DNA of 64,000 bases from Eledone cirrhosa (taxonomy: Eukaryota): positions 171,988,001 through 172,052,000 of the forward strand of contig OZ024742.1 in assembly GCA_964016885.1 (NCBI GenBank), read 5' to 3'. Below the pieces are notes generated by a model. It saw only the letters and a program-made list of their open reading frames with translations. It ran no database searches and was not told the DNA's origin. A program made the position numbers and the translations under genes. Of this stretch, positions 1 to 14,096 are shown piece after piece (the stretch's first letter is position 1; every line of letters starts with the position of its first letter).

Positions 1-316
1 ATATATATACTGGTCTTTAAAGCGATGAAATACCAATGATGGTTGGAAGATCACTGATGAAGGACTAACTTTATTCATATATATATATATATATATATAT
101 AGTTGAAGGGAACGACAAAACAGATACAAACTGTCTCATTAGTTTTACACTGTATATGGAAAAGGGGAAATAATTTCGGGATTTCCTAGACTTGGTACTC
201 TACTATACTTTCTAAAACCTCCACGGCGGGAAGTCATTTTTCTGTTTATGACATACTGAATGAGAAGGGGTAGACAACCCTAAGAAACTTATGTACCTGT
301 ACATGTCACTCTTGTA

Positions 317-420
317 ATTAATTGTTTCTACTTTAGGCACAAGGCCAGCAATTATCCAGCACATTACTGGTACTTTATTTTATCGACCCCGTAAGTATGA
401 AAGGCAAAGTTAACCTCAAC
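317..420 (-). mobile_element. tRNA-derived SINE, 3' part (dominant SINE family of the window)
   Basis: Reverse complement of the family core GCCTTTCATCCTTACGGGGTCGATAAAATAAAGTACCAGTAATG...GGCCTTGTGCC..AAGTAGAAACAATT, seen full length at 41892-42073. Confidence 0.8.
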
Positions 421-1833
421 TCGTCTCATGGACTGATATCTATACCAAATTTATATATATATATTGATATAGGAATCACATAGAGATGAGGGGGAATTCC
501 AAGAAATAACTAACAGACGACAGAGAAGGTAATGGTGGGTGGTGTTGGTTATGTAGTAGTAGATGATCGGCTTTGATGATTGTAGTAATGGCGATAGTTG
601 TGTTAGAGGAGTAATAGGAAGGACCCTGCAAGTTGATGCGTATTGCTGTAGGGTTTATACTGAGATATTATGATCGAAATAAGGAAAGAAGTGTGAGCTA
701 GATTTATAAATTACATTATTGTAGAATTGGGCCACGGCTTTTCAATATGAATAGGATGATCTCCCACTGGTAATATCCAAAGGGAATATTGTTATAACGA
801 AATAATCGAATTCAATGAAGTCTATTGCTCCGGATCAGAGTCAACATCTATCTGATGTTTTGCAAAGCACACAATACGGTAATGTTATTGATTAATGTTT
901 ATATTTATCTTATTTTTTTATATAGTTTTGTTTTAATCTATCAGCCTGTCATCAAAATATTCACACACGCAGACCTATGAATATTTTGAATAGACTTATA
1001 TGTGTTTCCTTCTTTTGAAGAATGTGGGTTGAGATTTGAAAAAAAAAAAGAAACCTCGCTGCTATTTCAAACAAACGTAATTAGGTGTAGGCTCCCCTGT
1101 TTGCGTTAAGATGGGGAAGGATATGTTTTTTTTTCAGTGGAGATGGGTTGATATATGCTATCTCGAGAGGAGAGAACTACATTATTAAATGGATCTTCTT
1201 TTGAAGGCTTTAAGAAAAAGGTTGAACTGATTTACTGGTTATTTCTAGCATGTACAATAAATTGGTAGAGGATCCATATTAGGCACAAGATAATGGTAGG
1301 ACGTTTGTTGGTCAGCACAGTCCAAATTGGACTGGCCAATTTTATCCAGTGGGTTCTTCTCGTTTGAAGGTAAGATAAGGTTTGGGTCTTATTTCTAGCA
1401 TGAGAAATAACTAGGTATAGACTCCATGTTTGCATCAAGAGTGTGGTGAAGATAAGTAAGCTGTGTGAGATGGCATGTTAAGCATAACTTGCAGCTAGTG
1501 AGAGACAGATGCTAAGCAAGGATCCTGTGATTTAGACAATATATACGTTGGCTGATGAGATCAAATTCCATGACTGACTGCTACATGTATATATTCTAGT
1601 TATGTATACATAAAAGATTACAAGAGATAGTTAACTTGCTCAAGGACAGCAGGAAATAGTTACAGTGTGCTGTGTATATATGAACAGTACATTAAATAAG
1701 TGTAATATCAACTGTTGACTGATATTATACACCAGTGAAACCTATAAACACGGCAACGTTTGTTTTACTTACACACTTTATTACCAAATACTTCCAGGAA
1801 ACAACAGTTTTTCAGCTTTTACATACACACGCG

Positions 1834-1921
<88 letters not shown>

Positions 1922-2154
1922 CATATTTATATATATATATATAAGTAGAAGTGGTATTTAATTTGTTGGAAGTCCAACAAACACAGTTGTTTATAACTGA
2001 TTTAGAGCACTCAACACTTAACTGGAGTAAATATTCAATCATATTAAATAAATGGAAATTATATTTATAAAACCATATATATTTAATTTAATATATTTCA
2101 AGGGTGCCAAGACAACATTGGTACGCTTTCATATAGTTACCATTTATTTAATAT

Positions 2155-2247
<93 letters not shown>

Positions 2248-2260
2248 TATATATATATAG

Positions 2261-2308
<48 letters not shown>

Positions 2309-2426
2309 TAGAGAGAGAGAAAGAAAGAGAAATTGAGAGGAGAGAGAGAATCCCGATATATGTCGGGGTTAACCACAAACACGCAAACATTTATATACAT
2401 ATATATATATATACATATATGCATAC

Positions 2427-2505
<79 letters not shown>

Positions 2506-2713
2506 CATATATATATATTAAAATATGGTACCAAACTTTATTATTTATTTATATCATAATTTTATTTACATATGTGTCAACCCCGTGGGCCTCATCGGAA
2601 TTAACCAATATATCAATAAATACCTCAACAAAATCACCTTTCCACAAAAGTCTGTAGAATGTTTTCTTTACATTTTAAAAGAACTGCAGTTATATGCACA
2701 GTCATGTGTTTGT

Positions 2714-2778
<65 letters not shown>

Positions 2779-2993
2779 TAAATGATGGGGTCGTTTTATC
2801 TTAAGATCTTTATTGATTATACATAGCTATGACCATTTCAGAGATGGTTGACTTAGGATCTATATCAATGTTATAAACACATCTCCAGCTCTATCAACAC
2901 TTCATTGTTGTTTTCAATATATACACTCTGTATTTGCATGGATTGCTGGTTTTCTTGAATTTACTGAACCATCTATTATTATTAGTATTATTA

Positions 2994-3054
<61 letters not shown>

Positions 3055-3122
3055 TAAAAGGAATTCCAACTTTGCCTGATTTACTCGTTTTATTTACAAT
3101 CCTTTAAAATTATAATGTTATT

Positions 3123-3304
3123 ATAATTGTTTCTACTTTTGGATCAAGGCCAGCAATTACCCAGTAGATTATTGGTACTTTATTTTATCGATCCCGTAAG
3201 GATGAAAGGCAAAGGTAACCTCGGCCGGATTTGAACTCAGAATGGCAAGGGCCGTAACTCTATGCGTCAAAGCATGGCGTCAGGCCCTCTACTGATACTG
3301 CCAA
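3123..3304 (-). mobile_element. tRNA-derived SINE, near full length
   Basis: Reverse complement matches 41892-42073, including the B-box-like GAGTTCAAATCC and the central domain. Confidence 0.85.
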
Positions 3305-3990
3305 ATGAAATAGTATTGTAGAATATTAAATGTTAAGTGTTAATTGAACAAGTACTTTCATGCTTTCGCAATCTTCAGGTTCAGATTCTGTGGTTACAGC
3401 AAGTTTGTAATTTTCAACTGTAATGAGATGGGTAAATTCTGTGCCTTATATATAGTAAAAAGGGGCTACAGAATGCTAATTTTGCAAACTGTATTTCGAT
3501 CAATCGGTGTGTAGTTTCACTAGATTACGAAAGCTGATTGGTTTAGGCGTCACGGTTGGTTGATCATGTCTAACGACTTCTATTTGACCCTATCCAGAGC
3601 ATCAATAGTTTTGCTATTTTTAGAAATTATGAAAATAGCATTTTCTAGAGTTTTTATAAAAAATCTTCAGTAATCATCACCATCAACATCACTTTTATTT
3701 TTATTATTATTGTTGTTGTTCTTAGTGGTGGTAGTTGACATGGTCGTAGGCGTAGTCATAGTAGGAGTAATACCCCTAAGCAATATTATTATTCATTTAG
3801 CTTGGGTTGGAATTTATCAATAACATTCTTTTTTTTATTTTTTCTCTTGATTTCACTTGGGCTGTGTAATTTGTAGAATAGAAATTTATAAATATTTTCT
3901 GGCCACATGTTGCTCGATGGTTACTGAAAGGTATCTGACGGACGTTTGGGTCTCTGATTTGTGCTCGGTTCACCCGTGCACGTTCAATAT

Positions 3991-4199
3991 ATGAACTGCA
4001 AAAGCAGAAATCTAATTTACTGCATTAAATGCCCGAATTGTGAAGAACTATATGTCGGTCAAACTGGAAATGCACTATCGAAACGGCTTGAGCTCTGCAA
4101 TCGGGGTCATACATTTTCCTATTACCCACTCCACTACCCTAAGTATTGAGTACTCTGGTGCATTATGGTCCATCTTGTTCCTTACCAAAATTCCTTCGT

Positions 4200-4200
<1 letters not shown>
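3991..4200 (+). mobile_element. Penelope-like element fragment: GIY-YIG endonuclease N-terminal piece fused to a 3' terminal segment
   Basis: Translation MNCKSRNLIYCIKCPNCEELYVGQTG (IY..CxxC..YVG) is typical of Penelope/Neptune-type endonucleases. 4080-4200 is the reverse-complement homologue of 46979-47075. Ends in (TA)n. Confidence 0.7.
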
Positions 4201-4237
<37 letters not shown>

Positions 4238-4249
4238 AATATATATATA

Positions 4250-4297
<48 letters not shown>

Positions 4298-4808
4298 GAA
4301 TATTTAAGTATCGAGAGAGAGAAGAAGAGATAGGTGATAGATGTAGTTATTTGCCAATAGCATATTCAAAAGGTGCTCAATACTTGTGCCTGCAGTGTTA
4401 AATATTAGAAGTGTTAATATCTAGTGATCGAGAAAATCAGCACAGCGGATACACGTGGCGAATAAATAAAGGAGAACAAACCGTTAAAACATGTTTATTT
4501 AAAATAGCACCACGTACGTTTCGCCCAAATGGGCTTCTCAAGAGCATAAAAAACTACAAAGTGTTACTTACATGAACCCATAATGGGTTTTAGAGATAAG
4601 TTCACATCACAGTCCATTTTTCGTTAAAATCATGTATTGATTTTGCAGTAGGTCAAGGGAGATAACTCTAGCCGGTATTAGAGCAGTGTTCCCCAGGCTA
4701 CTCTTACCCGTTATTACTTTGTGGTTACTGCTTTACCATTGTTATTGCTTTAATATAGATAGCAATAATAATAGCCTTACCTTGGGAACTAGAAGGGACT
4801 GCGACTGA

Positions 4809-5223
4809 AATTGCTACTGCCGTGACAGGGGACGCTGCCCCCTTAAGGGAAACTGCCTGACTGATAGAGTTATTTATAGGTACACCGTAAACTAGCCATA
4901 ATAGCGTTAAACATTATATAGGAGCTATCTCTGGCCCGTTCAAAAATAGATTTCGAACACATCTCCATTCTTTCGCAAACAAGAAACCAAGACACTCCAC
5001 TTCGCTCGGGAATTACATCACAGCATTAAAATATTCAAACATCAACTTCTCCACGCACTGGGAAACTGTCGGCAGAGCAGCACCATATAATTTCAAGAGG
5101 AAGTGCGAGCTTTGCCTCATGGAGATTTACCATATCATAACGGTACCTCACAAGCTCATCAACAGCAGAGCAGAAACGACGATAAGCTGTACGCACCGCT
5201 TAAAAATCTCTTACTCCAGATAG
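4809..5223 (+). pseudogene. PLE GIY-YIG endonuclease remnant (one frameshift near 4890)
   Basis: Manual translation NCYCRDRGRCPLKGNCLTDRVIY / HYIGAISGPFKNRFRTH...W...APY..KCELCLME...INSRAE..SCTH; same motif order as ORF 49216-49797. Confidence 0.85.
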
Positions 5224-5535
5224 AATAACAATGAGGCGTGAGAACCGTAAACCCTGCACCAAACCTCAACACCCCGGCGAGCAGGCGCTGCAAAAAACAT
5301 CCGGAAACTAACCATGCATCCCTGACCCTGCGCGAATCGACAATGGTAAAGCAGTAACAACAAAGTAATAACGGGTAAAAGTAGCCTAGGGAACACTGCT
5401 CTAACACCGGATAGAGTTATCTCCCTTGACCTACCGCAAAATCAATACATGTTTTTTACGAAAAATGGACTGTGATGTGAACTTATCTCTAAAACCCATT
5501 ATGGGTCATGTAAGGAACGCTGTCTAGTTTTTTAT

Positions 5536-5575
5536 GCCCTTGAGAAGCCCATACGGGCGAAACGTTTGTAGGTGC
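5536..5575 (+). ncRNA. Minimal type I hammerhead-like motif, U3-A8 variant
   Basis: gccc TTGAGAA GCCC atac GGGC GAAAC gttt GTA ggtgc. The inverted copy near 4507-4546 has the palindromic helix III ACGTACGT. Confidence 0.6.
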
Positions 5576-5741
5576 TATTTTAAATAAACATGTTTTAACG
5601 GTTTGTTCTCCTTTAGATTTTACTCGACATATATATATATATATATACGGTTCTTATATATTTGATATATATTTATATATTTGATATATATTTATCCTTA
5701 TCGACCTCTCTTTGGATTTTAGTCTTCACATTTATTATTAT

Positions 5742-5780
<39 letters not shown>

Positions 5781-6624
5781 ATATACCACGCAGCAGGTAT
5801 TATTTACCATATAGAGCGCAAGGTAGGCAATTTTTAGTGATTGTATATCTCATTGGTATATAAATTAATAAAATAAATTCCTTTGTCTTTTCCTCTTAGA
5901 TTTTTAGACCACCAACGCTTGATCTCCGCATCAAGAATAGTGGTATAGTATGGTGCTAAGAAAACGCCTCTGTTGGACATGCCGTTGTATCCGACGATGA
6001 GAGCTGTAGGTTTTCATGAACGTTACATCTGATTTGTGAAAATAATGTGCAAGTGGTTGAGTATAATACAGATACGCACATCCTTATCGCAGTTTCTATT
6101 GCGGTTCAGCGTAATACAATTTGTGTTATGGCTGCCCCTTTGATTTACAAGGTATAACTCATTGTTGCCAGCAGAAAAATTTGGAGGACGTTTAAACAAG
6201 TGTCTTTCTAAAGGACACAACGCGAAACCGGGAGTCTAAATTATGACCTTGTGACAATGAGTCGATCATCCTAACCGCTGAGACCCGGGGATACACACAT
6301 ACGTGCACATATAATGTGTATACACCACAGGGATTTAAACATTAATCGTATACAACATTTTCTTATGAGCTACTGGTAAACAATGGACTAAAAGTTACAC
6401 ACATTTTCCCAAGATACCAAGCAATGTGACTGAGCCCTGGATCGCATCATTGTGGCGTAGAGCCTTGTGAGGCAGAATAGATTTTCCACATTTCATCCAG
6501 AACAATGCTATGAACTCAGGTAAATTACGGAGATTCGCGAGTATTTCCTGGAAGATTTGTGTCAGGAACAACAACTTTCTATCGATAAAAGCCAATATAC
6601 ATAATCAACAGGTGTATCATGTAA

Positions 6625-6710
<86 letters not shown>

Positions 6711-6764
6711 CGGCGATGAATTAGTTTTGCGAGGTTTTTTATATGAAATCGTGTGTCGAAACAG

Positions 6765-7422
6765 ATATTGTTATATTTGGGGAGGGTCATATTTGCGTAA
6801 TATTGCCAGAATTAATAACAGAACACACTCACTGTTTGGTTGGTTTTCGCTTCTCGCTGTCTTTTATATATATATATCTGCGATCTAACTTACTCGGTCC
6901 TCAATGTTGCCATTGACTGACCGGCGGTCAAGAATAATACAGATACAATATAGACACAAACACATATATATAGTTTACATAATTTACATAAATCTTTCGT
7001 TGCACATCTGCAACATCGTCAGTGGTGTTATATTCATTGTTCCTCCTGTTGTGTTGTATGTCTACGCCATTTTTTTTGTTCAGTCTGTCTATATATTTAT
7101 AGTATATATATATTTATGCCGAACTACATCGAGGCAATGCAACAGGAGGAACAATGAATATAACACCACTGACGATGTTGCAGATGTGCAACGAAAGATT
7201 TATGTAAATTATGTAAACTATATATATGTGTTTGTGTCTATATTGTATCTGTATTATTTTTGACCGCCGGTCAGTCAATGGCAACATTGAGGACCGAGTA
7301 AGTTAGATCGCAGATATATATATATAAAAGACAGCGAGAAGCGAAAACCAACCAAACAGTGAGTGTGTTCTGTTATTAATTCTGGCAATATTACGCAAAT
7401 ATGACCCTCCCCAAATATAACA

Positions 7423-7426
<4 letters not shown>
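6765..7426. repeat. Near-perfect ~287-bp inverted repeat (6765-7051 / 7140-7426) with an 88-bp spacer, between TA tracts
   Basis: Direct reverse-complement match read by eye with very few mismatches. The arms contain the HHR-like core CTGACGA-T-GTTGCA/TGCAAC-GAAA (7169-7196). Confidence 0.9.
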
Positions 7427-7462
<36 letters not shown>

Positions 7463-7698
7463 ATGTGTGTGTGTATAAAGTTAATTTTACAGACTGACTG
7501 GCAACATTCATATTTCAAGATGTTTCTGTTTGCTTTGCTTTAAAATAAACTACAGTGAATGTGTGTATGTAATCAATTATACATGTATATATATATACGT
7601 ATGTATGTATAAACTTATGACAAGAAATCACGCCAATATTTCATGAATCGGTGTACACAATAGCGTACATAATCGGTAAATATATACATACATGCACA

Positions 7699-7751
<53 letters not shown>

Positions 7752-7778
7752 CGTATACAAACACACACACACACATTC

Positions 7779-7836
<58 letters not shown>

Positions 7837-7995
7837 GTATACATTGAATACAACCATTCCGGTTGAATATTAGTTGAACTCACACATAAGTACACAAAAA
7901 TGCACATCACACAATCACGTATATCTATATATACACACACACATCACACACATATATACATACACACACTCTTATCTAAACACAAACAGTCATAT

Positions 7996-8043
<48 letters not shown>

Positions 8044-8270
8044 ATGGTGGTGGTGGTAGTATTAGTATTAGTAGTAGTGGTGGTGGTTGTGGTGTTGCTC
8101 TTGGTGGAAGTAGTAGTAGTAGAGGTGGTCGTAGTGATGGTGGAAGAAGACGTAATGTTGGTGGTAGTAGTGTTGGTCTTTGTGGAAGTATTAGAGGCAT
8201 TGGTTGTGGTAGTTGATATAGTGGTGGTGTGGTGGTATGGTAGTAGTAGTGGTGGTAGTAGTAATAGTAA
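7996..8270. repeat. (GTA)n/(GTG)n degenerate trinucleotide repeat
   Basis: Seen directly; explains the poly-V ORF 7900-8337. Confidence 0.95.
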
Positions 8271-9280
8271 TTATTTGATATATGTTTACCCTACGTTATT
8301 CTTCCTGAGAAAATATCACCCGTTTAAAAGCCTTTAACATATGTCCGTCTGTGATCTATTATGTTACTAAGACATAACAGCGAGCCGACCTCAATTTAAA
8401 ATGGCTTTTACTTTTCAATAACAAACACATCTTATTGTGGTAATTACTTTTTCCGATACACTGTTATTCTTTTATAATGCTCTGTGCCGCCAGATCGATT
8501 CCACTTAACTCAGTAAAAAAAAAAAAAAAAATACAGTCATAAAGCCACGCATTCTTTTATACTTGTTTCATTCCCTGTGACGGGGCCATGCTGGAGCATC
8601 GATTTAAAAGGGGTTTAATATATCATATCGCCGCCAGCAGTGATTATATTTTTCAGTCTGGTACTTTTATTTTATTGATTTCGTGCTGTTGCCTCTCTAA
8701 GTTGCAAGACACAGTCACCCACAGACTAATACACGCATGTGCGCACGTGACGAGCCTGTGCAGTTTCCTTTTAAAAAAAAATTCTCTACAAGTGAATCAC
8801 CTTTACACTGTCTAAAACATGCACAAGCATGACTTTAATTTCGAGTTCAGTCCTACCTCAAGTTGAACAATGATTTTTTTTTTTTTTGTAAATTTGGTAA
8901 AAAAAACAGCCCGAATTACGCCTACAGTGTTTAGGCAACCACGTCACCATTTTGTTCAACACTGACACAGGAACGATGTACTAGTTTCAAGCTTATTAGC
9001 TATCGTCAGCATCGTATACCTTCCTGCCAGATGGTTGAACGTCTGAAAGTATATACCTTTCTTATGCATATTAACGATACGTGCATATATATACCGAGCA
9101 TTATAATAAATGTTCGGTAAACCAATACGTGCATATATATATGTGAGCATGTATGTATATATATACATAGTACTGTACGTCTGTATACATATATGTATGT
9201 ACGTATACATACATACATACTTACATTTAAGTAACTGCCATACTAAGAGTGAGAAATGAAATTTCATTTCATTCTATTCC

Positions 9281-9358
<78 letters not shown>

Positions 9359-9370
9359 CTGTGTGTGTGT

Positions 9371-9420
<50 letters not shown>

Positions 9421-9441
9421 ATATATATGTATATATATATA

Positions 9442-9615
9442 GTTTTAATATACATGAGATTCTACAGGACTAAAACTGTTTCATTCTTTAGAAATCATCA
9501 GGAATCTGGCTGTCCAAAATAAATGTTGTGGTATTTATCTTTTCTGGTGGTAGGAGAGGGTGCGGAGTGGGATGGGTGGAGGTCATTGGTTGAAGGAAAA
9601 GGGAATTCATTAAAA
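9442..9615 (-). mobile_element. PLE pseudo-LTR fragment, inverted copy of 11013-11188, with HHR at 9457-9507
   Basis: Reverse-complement match to 11013-11188. Confidence 0.8.
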
Positions 9616-9807
9616 TGTGTATGTGTATATGTATATATATATCTATGTGTATACGCATGTATATGTATGCTGATATATATATGTATATATATATATATAT
9701 GTGTATATATGTATATGCATGTATATATGTGTGTATATATATATATATATATGTGCATATATGTATATATATATAAATATGTATACATATATATATATAT
9801 GTATATA

Positions 9808-9858
<51 letters not shown>

Positions 9859-9892
9859 GTGTATATGTGTGTGTATATATATATAAAATATT

Positions 9893-9996
9893 AAGAAAAT
9901 AATGAATAAAACAATGAAACAGTTCCTTATATTAAACAAAAAAAGTTCATTATTTAACGATCGTTTCTGGGATGTATATGTGTTAGAATTGGCATG
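9893..9996 (-). mobile_element. Short pseudo-LTR fragment related to 47980-48078 and 49815-49915
   Basis: Shares AATAATGAATAAA..CAGTTCCTTATATTAAA...ACGATCGTTTCT.GGAT.TATATGTGTTAGA. Confidence 0.75.
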
Positions 9997-10686
<690 letters not shown>

Positions 10687-11261
10687 AAGTTGTCTGTTGA
10701 CACCTGAAATATGGCTTTAGAGAATCATGACAATTATGAGAGGCACTCAATATTTGAACTGGTTTATAGAATTCTCTTGGCCTTTGTCACTCTAAGTAGA
10801 GCTTTAAATAATTAGCTTTTAAAGAATTACCCTTTTCTTTAACTCCATCAACCATGACTGACCCTCAACCATCTTATAGACACCTGAAATATAGGCATTG
10901 TTAGCCTAAGAGAAACTTAAAAATATGGAGTGCCACCCCAATTTGAACTTGTTTATAGAATTCTTTCTGCCTTTGTCACTCTAAATATAAATTATAGCCT
11001 TAAAGAATTAGCTTTTAATGAATTCCCTTTTCTTTCAACCAATGACCTCCACCCATCCCACTCCCCACCCTCTCCTACCACCTGAAAAGATATAAATACC
11101 ACAACATTTATTTTGGACAGCCAGATTCCTGATGATTTCTAAAGAATGAAACAGTTCTAGTCCTGTAGAATCTTATCTATATTAAAACCTTTATACTCTG
11201 CTCTGTATTGAGTACCTTACTTACTGTGGTTACCTCCGATTCAACCCGGAATAACATACCT
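10687..11261 (+). mobile_element. PLE 3' UTR/pseudo-LTR segment with internal ~180-bp diverged direct repeats and an HHR
   Basis: GACACCTGAAATAT at 10699 and 10879; HHR at 11123-11173; flanked by microsatellites. Confidence 0.7.
11123..11173 (+). ncRNA. Type I hammerhead ribozyme
   Basis: AGATTC CTGATGA T TTCT aa AGAA T GAA ACAG ttctagtc CTGT A GAATCT: helix I 6 bp, helix III 4 bp, GUA site (cleavage after 11167); weak helix II with a U-U closing pair. Confidence 0.65.
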
Positions 11262-11350
11262 ATATATATATATATGTATATATATATATAAAGAAAATTG
11301 AAAATACAACTTGAGTCTTTTTACGAATATTCATTTATTTCTTATATATA

Positions 11351-11640
11351 TAATATGGAAAACGAAGGTTTCAGTGATGCATCGAAACACAATTTATTAA
11401 CGTATTACAATTGTTTCTCCGGCGAACAGCTCGAGGTAAGATCTATTTGTGGATCGAACTGGACCCTGTCTTGCAGAGGATTTGCTTCGAAGTCGCTAGA
11501 CGTATCTAAGGAACTTACGAATCCAGAGTCAGATTCGATCCACAAATAGATCTTACCTCAAGCTCTTCGCCGCAAAAACAATTGTAATACTTTAATAAAT
11601 TGTGTTTCGAGGCGTCACTGATTCTTCGTTTTCCATATTA
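11351..11640. repeat. Imperfect ~108-bp inverted repeat (11351-11458 / 11534-11640)
   Basis: GAGGTAAGATCTATTTGTGGATCGAA is the reverse complement of TTCGATCCACAAATAGATCTTACCTC; the island lies between microsatellites. Confidence 0.85.
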
Positions 11641-11712
11641 TTATACTCTGCTCTGAAGGAGCATAGAGTGCTCAACCGGCATACCGCCTATGGACGCATT
11701 CAAGCAACCTTA

Positions 11713-11817
<105 letters not shown>

Positions 11818-12360
11818 CATACGTATATATGTCTACATACATACACATACATACACACTCATATATATATATACATATAGACATACATATATATATACAC
11901 ACACACATTCATTCATATACGTATGCATGTATATCATTTAAGCAAAGGATGTTTATAATAACTTCTTCGTAGAAGCCATTTAATATGCTTGTGTAAGATT
12001 TGCTTATGGAAGGGTCAACAGTAGACATAAACATGTGTTACCCTAAAACAGATTTCAAATTAACACCACGTTCTTTTATACCCGCCTACATAAAACAGCC
12101 GTTCAGAAGTTCCTCCCGCACTCCCGCTGAGGAACACAAACATGCTCACAAACACACACAGTACCATTCGGCAATTTCGACGACATTTCTTTTAGTTTCT
12201 GGAACACTTGTACATCTCCCATGTTAAAATAAAAATTAACCCTGGCTATATGACACTTAGCTGTTTCCCATATTATAAAGCGCAAGTATTTACGCGTTGA
12301 CCGAGTATGAGAAATGAGTAGAGTTCCCCTTCTGCATTCTGATTCGACTATTTATTAACA

Positions 12361-12405
<45 letters not shown>

Positions 12406-12489
12406 ACGCGCGCGCGCGCGCACACACACACAAATGTATTGCCTACAAACAACAACTGTTTCTCCTTTCTAAGCATAAGTCCATGATTA

Positions 12490-12640
12490 AATCAACCCCA
12501 CTGCATTACTGGTACATTACTTTACCGACTCCACAAGGATGAAAGGCAAAGCTATCCTCGGAGGAATTTGAACACAGATCGTAAAGGGCCGTTAATCAAT
12601 TCCGCGAAGCATGCTCTCCGATGCTCTGCGATATTGCTAA
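12490..12640 (-). mobile_element. tRNA-derived SINE, diverged
   Basis: GCATTACTGGTAC...GGATGAAAGGCAAAG...GGAATTTGAAC. Confidence 0.7.
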
Positions 12641-13615
12641 TCCACCATCTTCCATATAAACTAATAATAACAATAATGATAATAATCCAATATGTTTGTA
12701 AAAATATTGAGCATGTTTGAACATTTTGAAATCCATTTGCTTGCCACATTGTATTTAATAATTATAGAATATTCGATTACGTATAATAAATTACCCTTAT
12801 TGGCGGGGGAATTGAACATGAAGTCTTGTGTGAATCGAACCAAGAATCTACTGCTTCATCACTGCTTCTAAAACTGATATGCCTCTTGGTTCAAGTCGAT
12901 TATAACGAAACTATTACAAACAGGTATTTGTTTTATATCTCATCTATCTCACTATTACACATGTTGTTTTAGATAACAAGGCCATCTGTAAAACACCCAT
13001 ATTCCCTTGTTCCGTCTCAACATCTCTTTCTCTTTCACTTTCTCTGTCTCTCTCTCTCAATGTTATTTATTTGCACTTTTTCACTCCATGTTTCGCTTTC
13101 TATCTATGTGGCTAATAAAGAAACATATCTATGTATCAATCTATCCGGCTTTCTATATCTCTATGTCTCTTATTTTCAGCAATTTCTATCATAGCTGTTC
13201 TAGAACCCAAATGAAACAGAGGTTAAAACCTAAGTTCAGATAATCACATGTTTGGAAATAATTACATACCACCCCAAAAACTAAAAGGAAAAACCAAAGC
13301 ACACGCACACACACGCCAACAAATCACATATACAAACAAAACATGAAATAAAATTAACAGCAAAGCTATAAATAAATAATATAAATAAACAAATAAATAA
13401 ATAGATAAATAAACAAGTAAATAAATAAATAAATAAATAAATAATTTTTTTTTAAAAGGAAAATTCTTTCCGCCTTTGATGTTTTCATTTAAAGCTACTT
13501 CAATGGAAGAAGCCAGCAGAGTAGAGTGTGACGGGGAGCGGCGGGGGGAGCATAGACGAAAGAAAAATTGTCACAATGAAAAGGTCACACTGTCAATCAA
13601 TGACCTTTCTTATTA

Positions 13616-13669
<54 letters not shown>

Positions 13670-13865
13670 CCTTCATCACCATCGTTGTTGTTATTTTCGG
13701 ACATATTTTAAGCTAAAGGTCACTTATATCGTTTACGTCGACTAATCAGAGAGTGTTAGTACGTTCTAATCTGAAAAGAAAATCTATTGACAAAGGAAAG
13801 AGCCAAACATATTATTATTCTGATTATCATAATCTTGGATGCAGGTTTAACCATTATTATTATTC

Positions 13866-14025
13866 AAGTCTCCCCCATATTGGGGAATTTTTCATTGTTA
13901 TTTTTTGTTACATCCTCTGTTTTTGTTCTTTACACGCAGAAATGCCCATTTGTACCGTCCTGTATTGTCCTGCACTGTCCTTAATGTTTACTTTATGTAA
14001 GCCCTTGTGGTTAATAAAGAAATCA
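13866..14025 (+). mobile_element. ~160-bp element with a Tx1-like LINE 3' end
   Basis: Near-identical to 27611-27771 (minus). Ends CCCTTGTGGTTAATAAAGAAATCA, like the 3' end of the Tx1-like LINE at 26389. Confidence 0.75.
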
Positions 14026-14096
14026 TCGTCATTATTCATATCGTCATTATTATTATTCATATCGTCATTATGCTGTTATTTTATCATTTGGATTGT

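Larger units (their letters stand above)
4467..5615 (+). mobile_element. 5'-truncated Penelope-like element with inverted pseudo-LTR arms (4467-4742 / 5340-5615)
   Basis: A ~276-bp inverted repeat flanks a GIY-YIG coding remnant, and each arm carries an HHR-like motif. Confidence 0.85.

Noticed and set aside
6395-6625. GC-balanced unique stretch ending in GTAAGT, a possible exon
   Set aside because: No long open frame with recognisable homology and no clear splice acceptor
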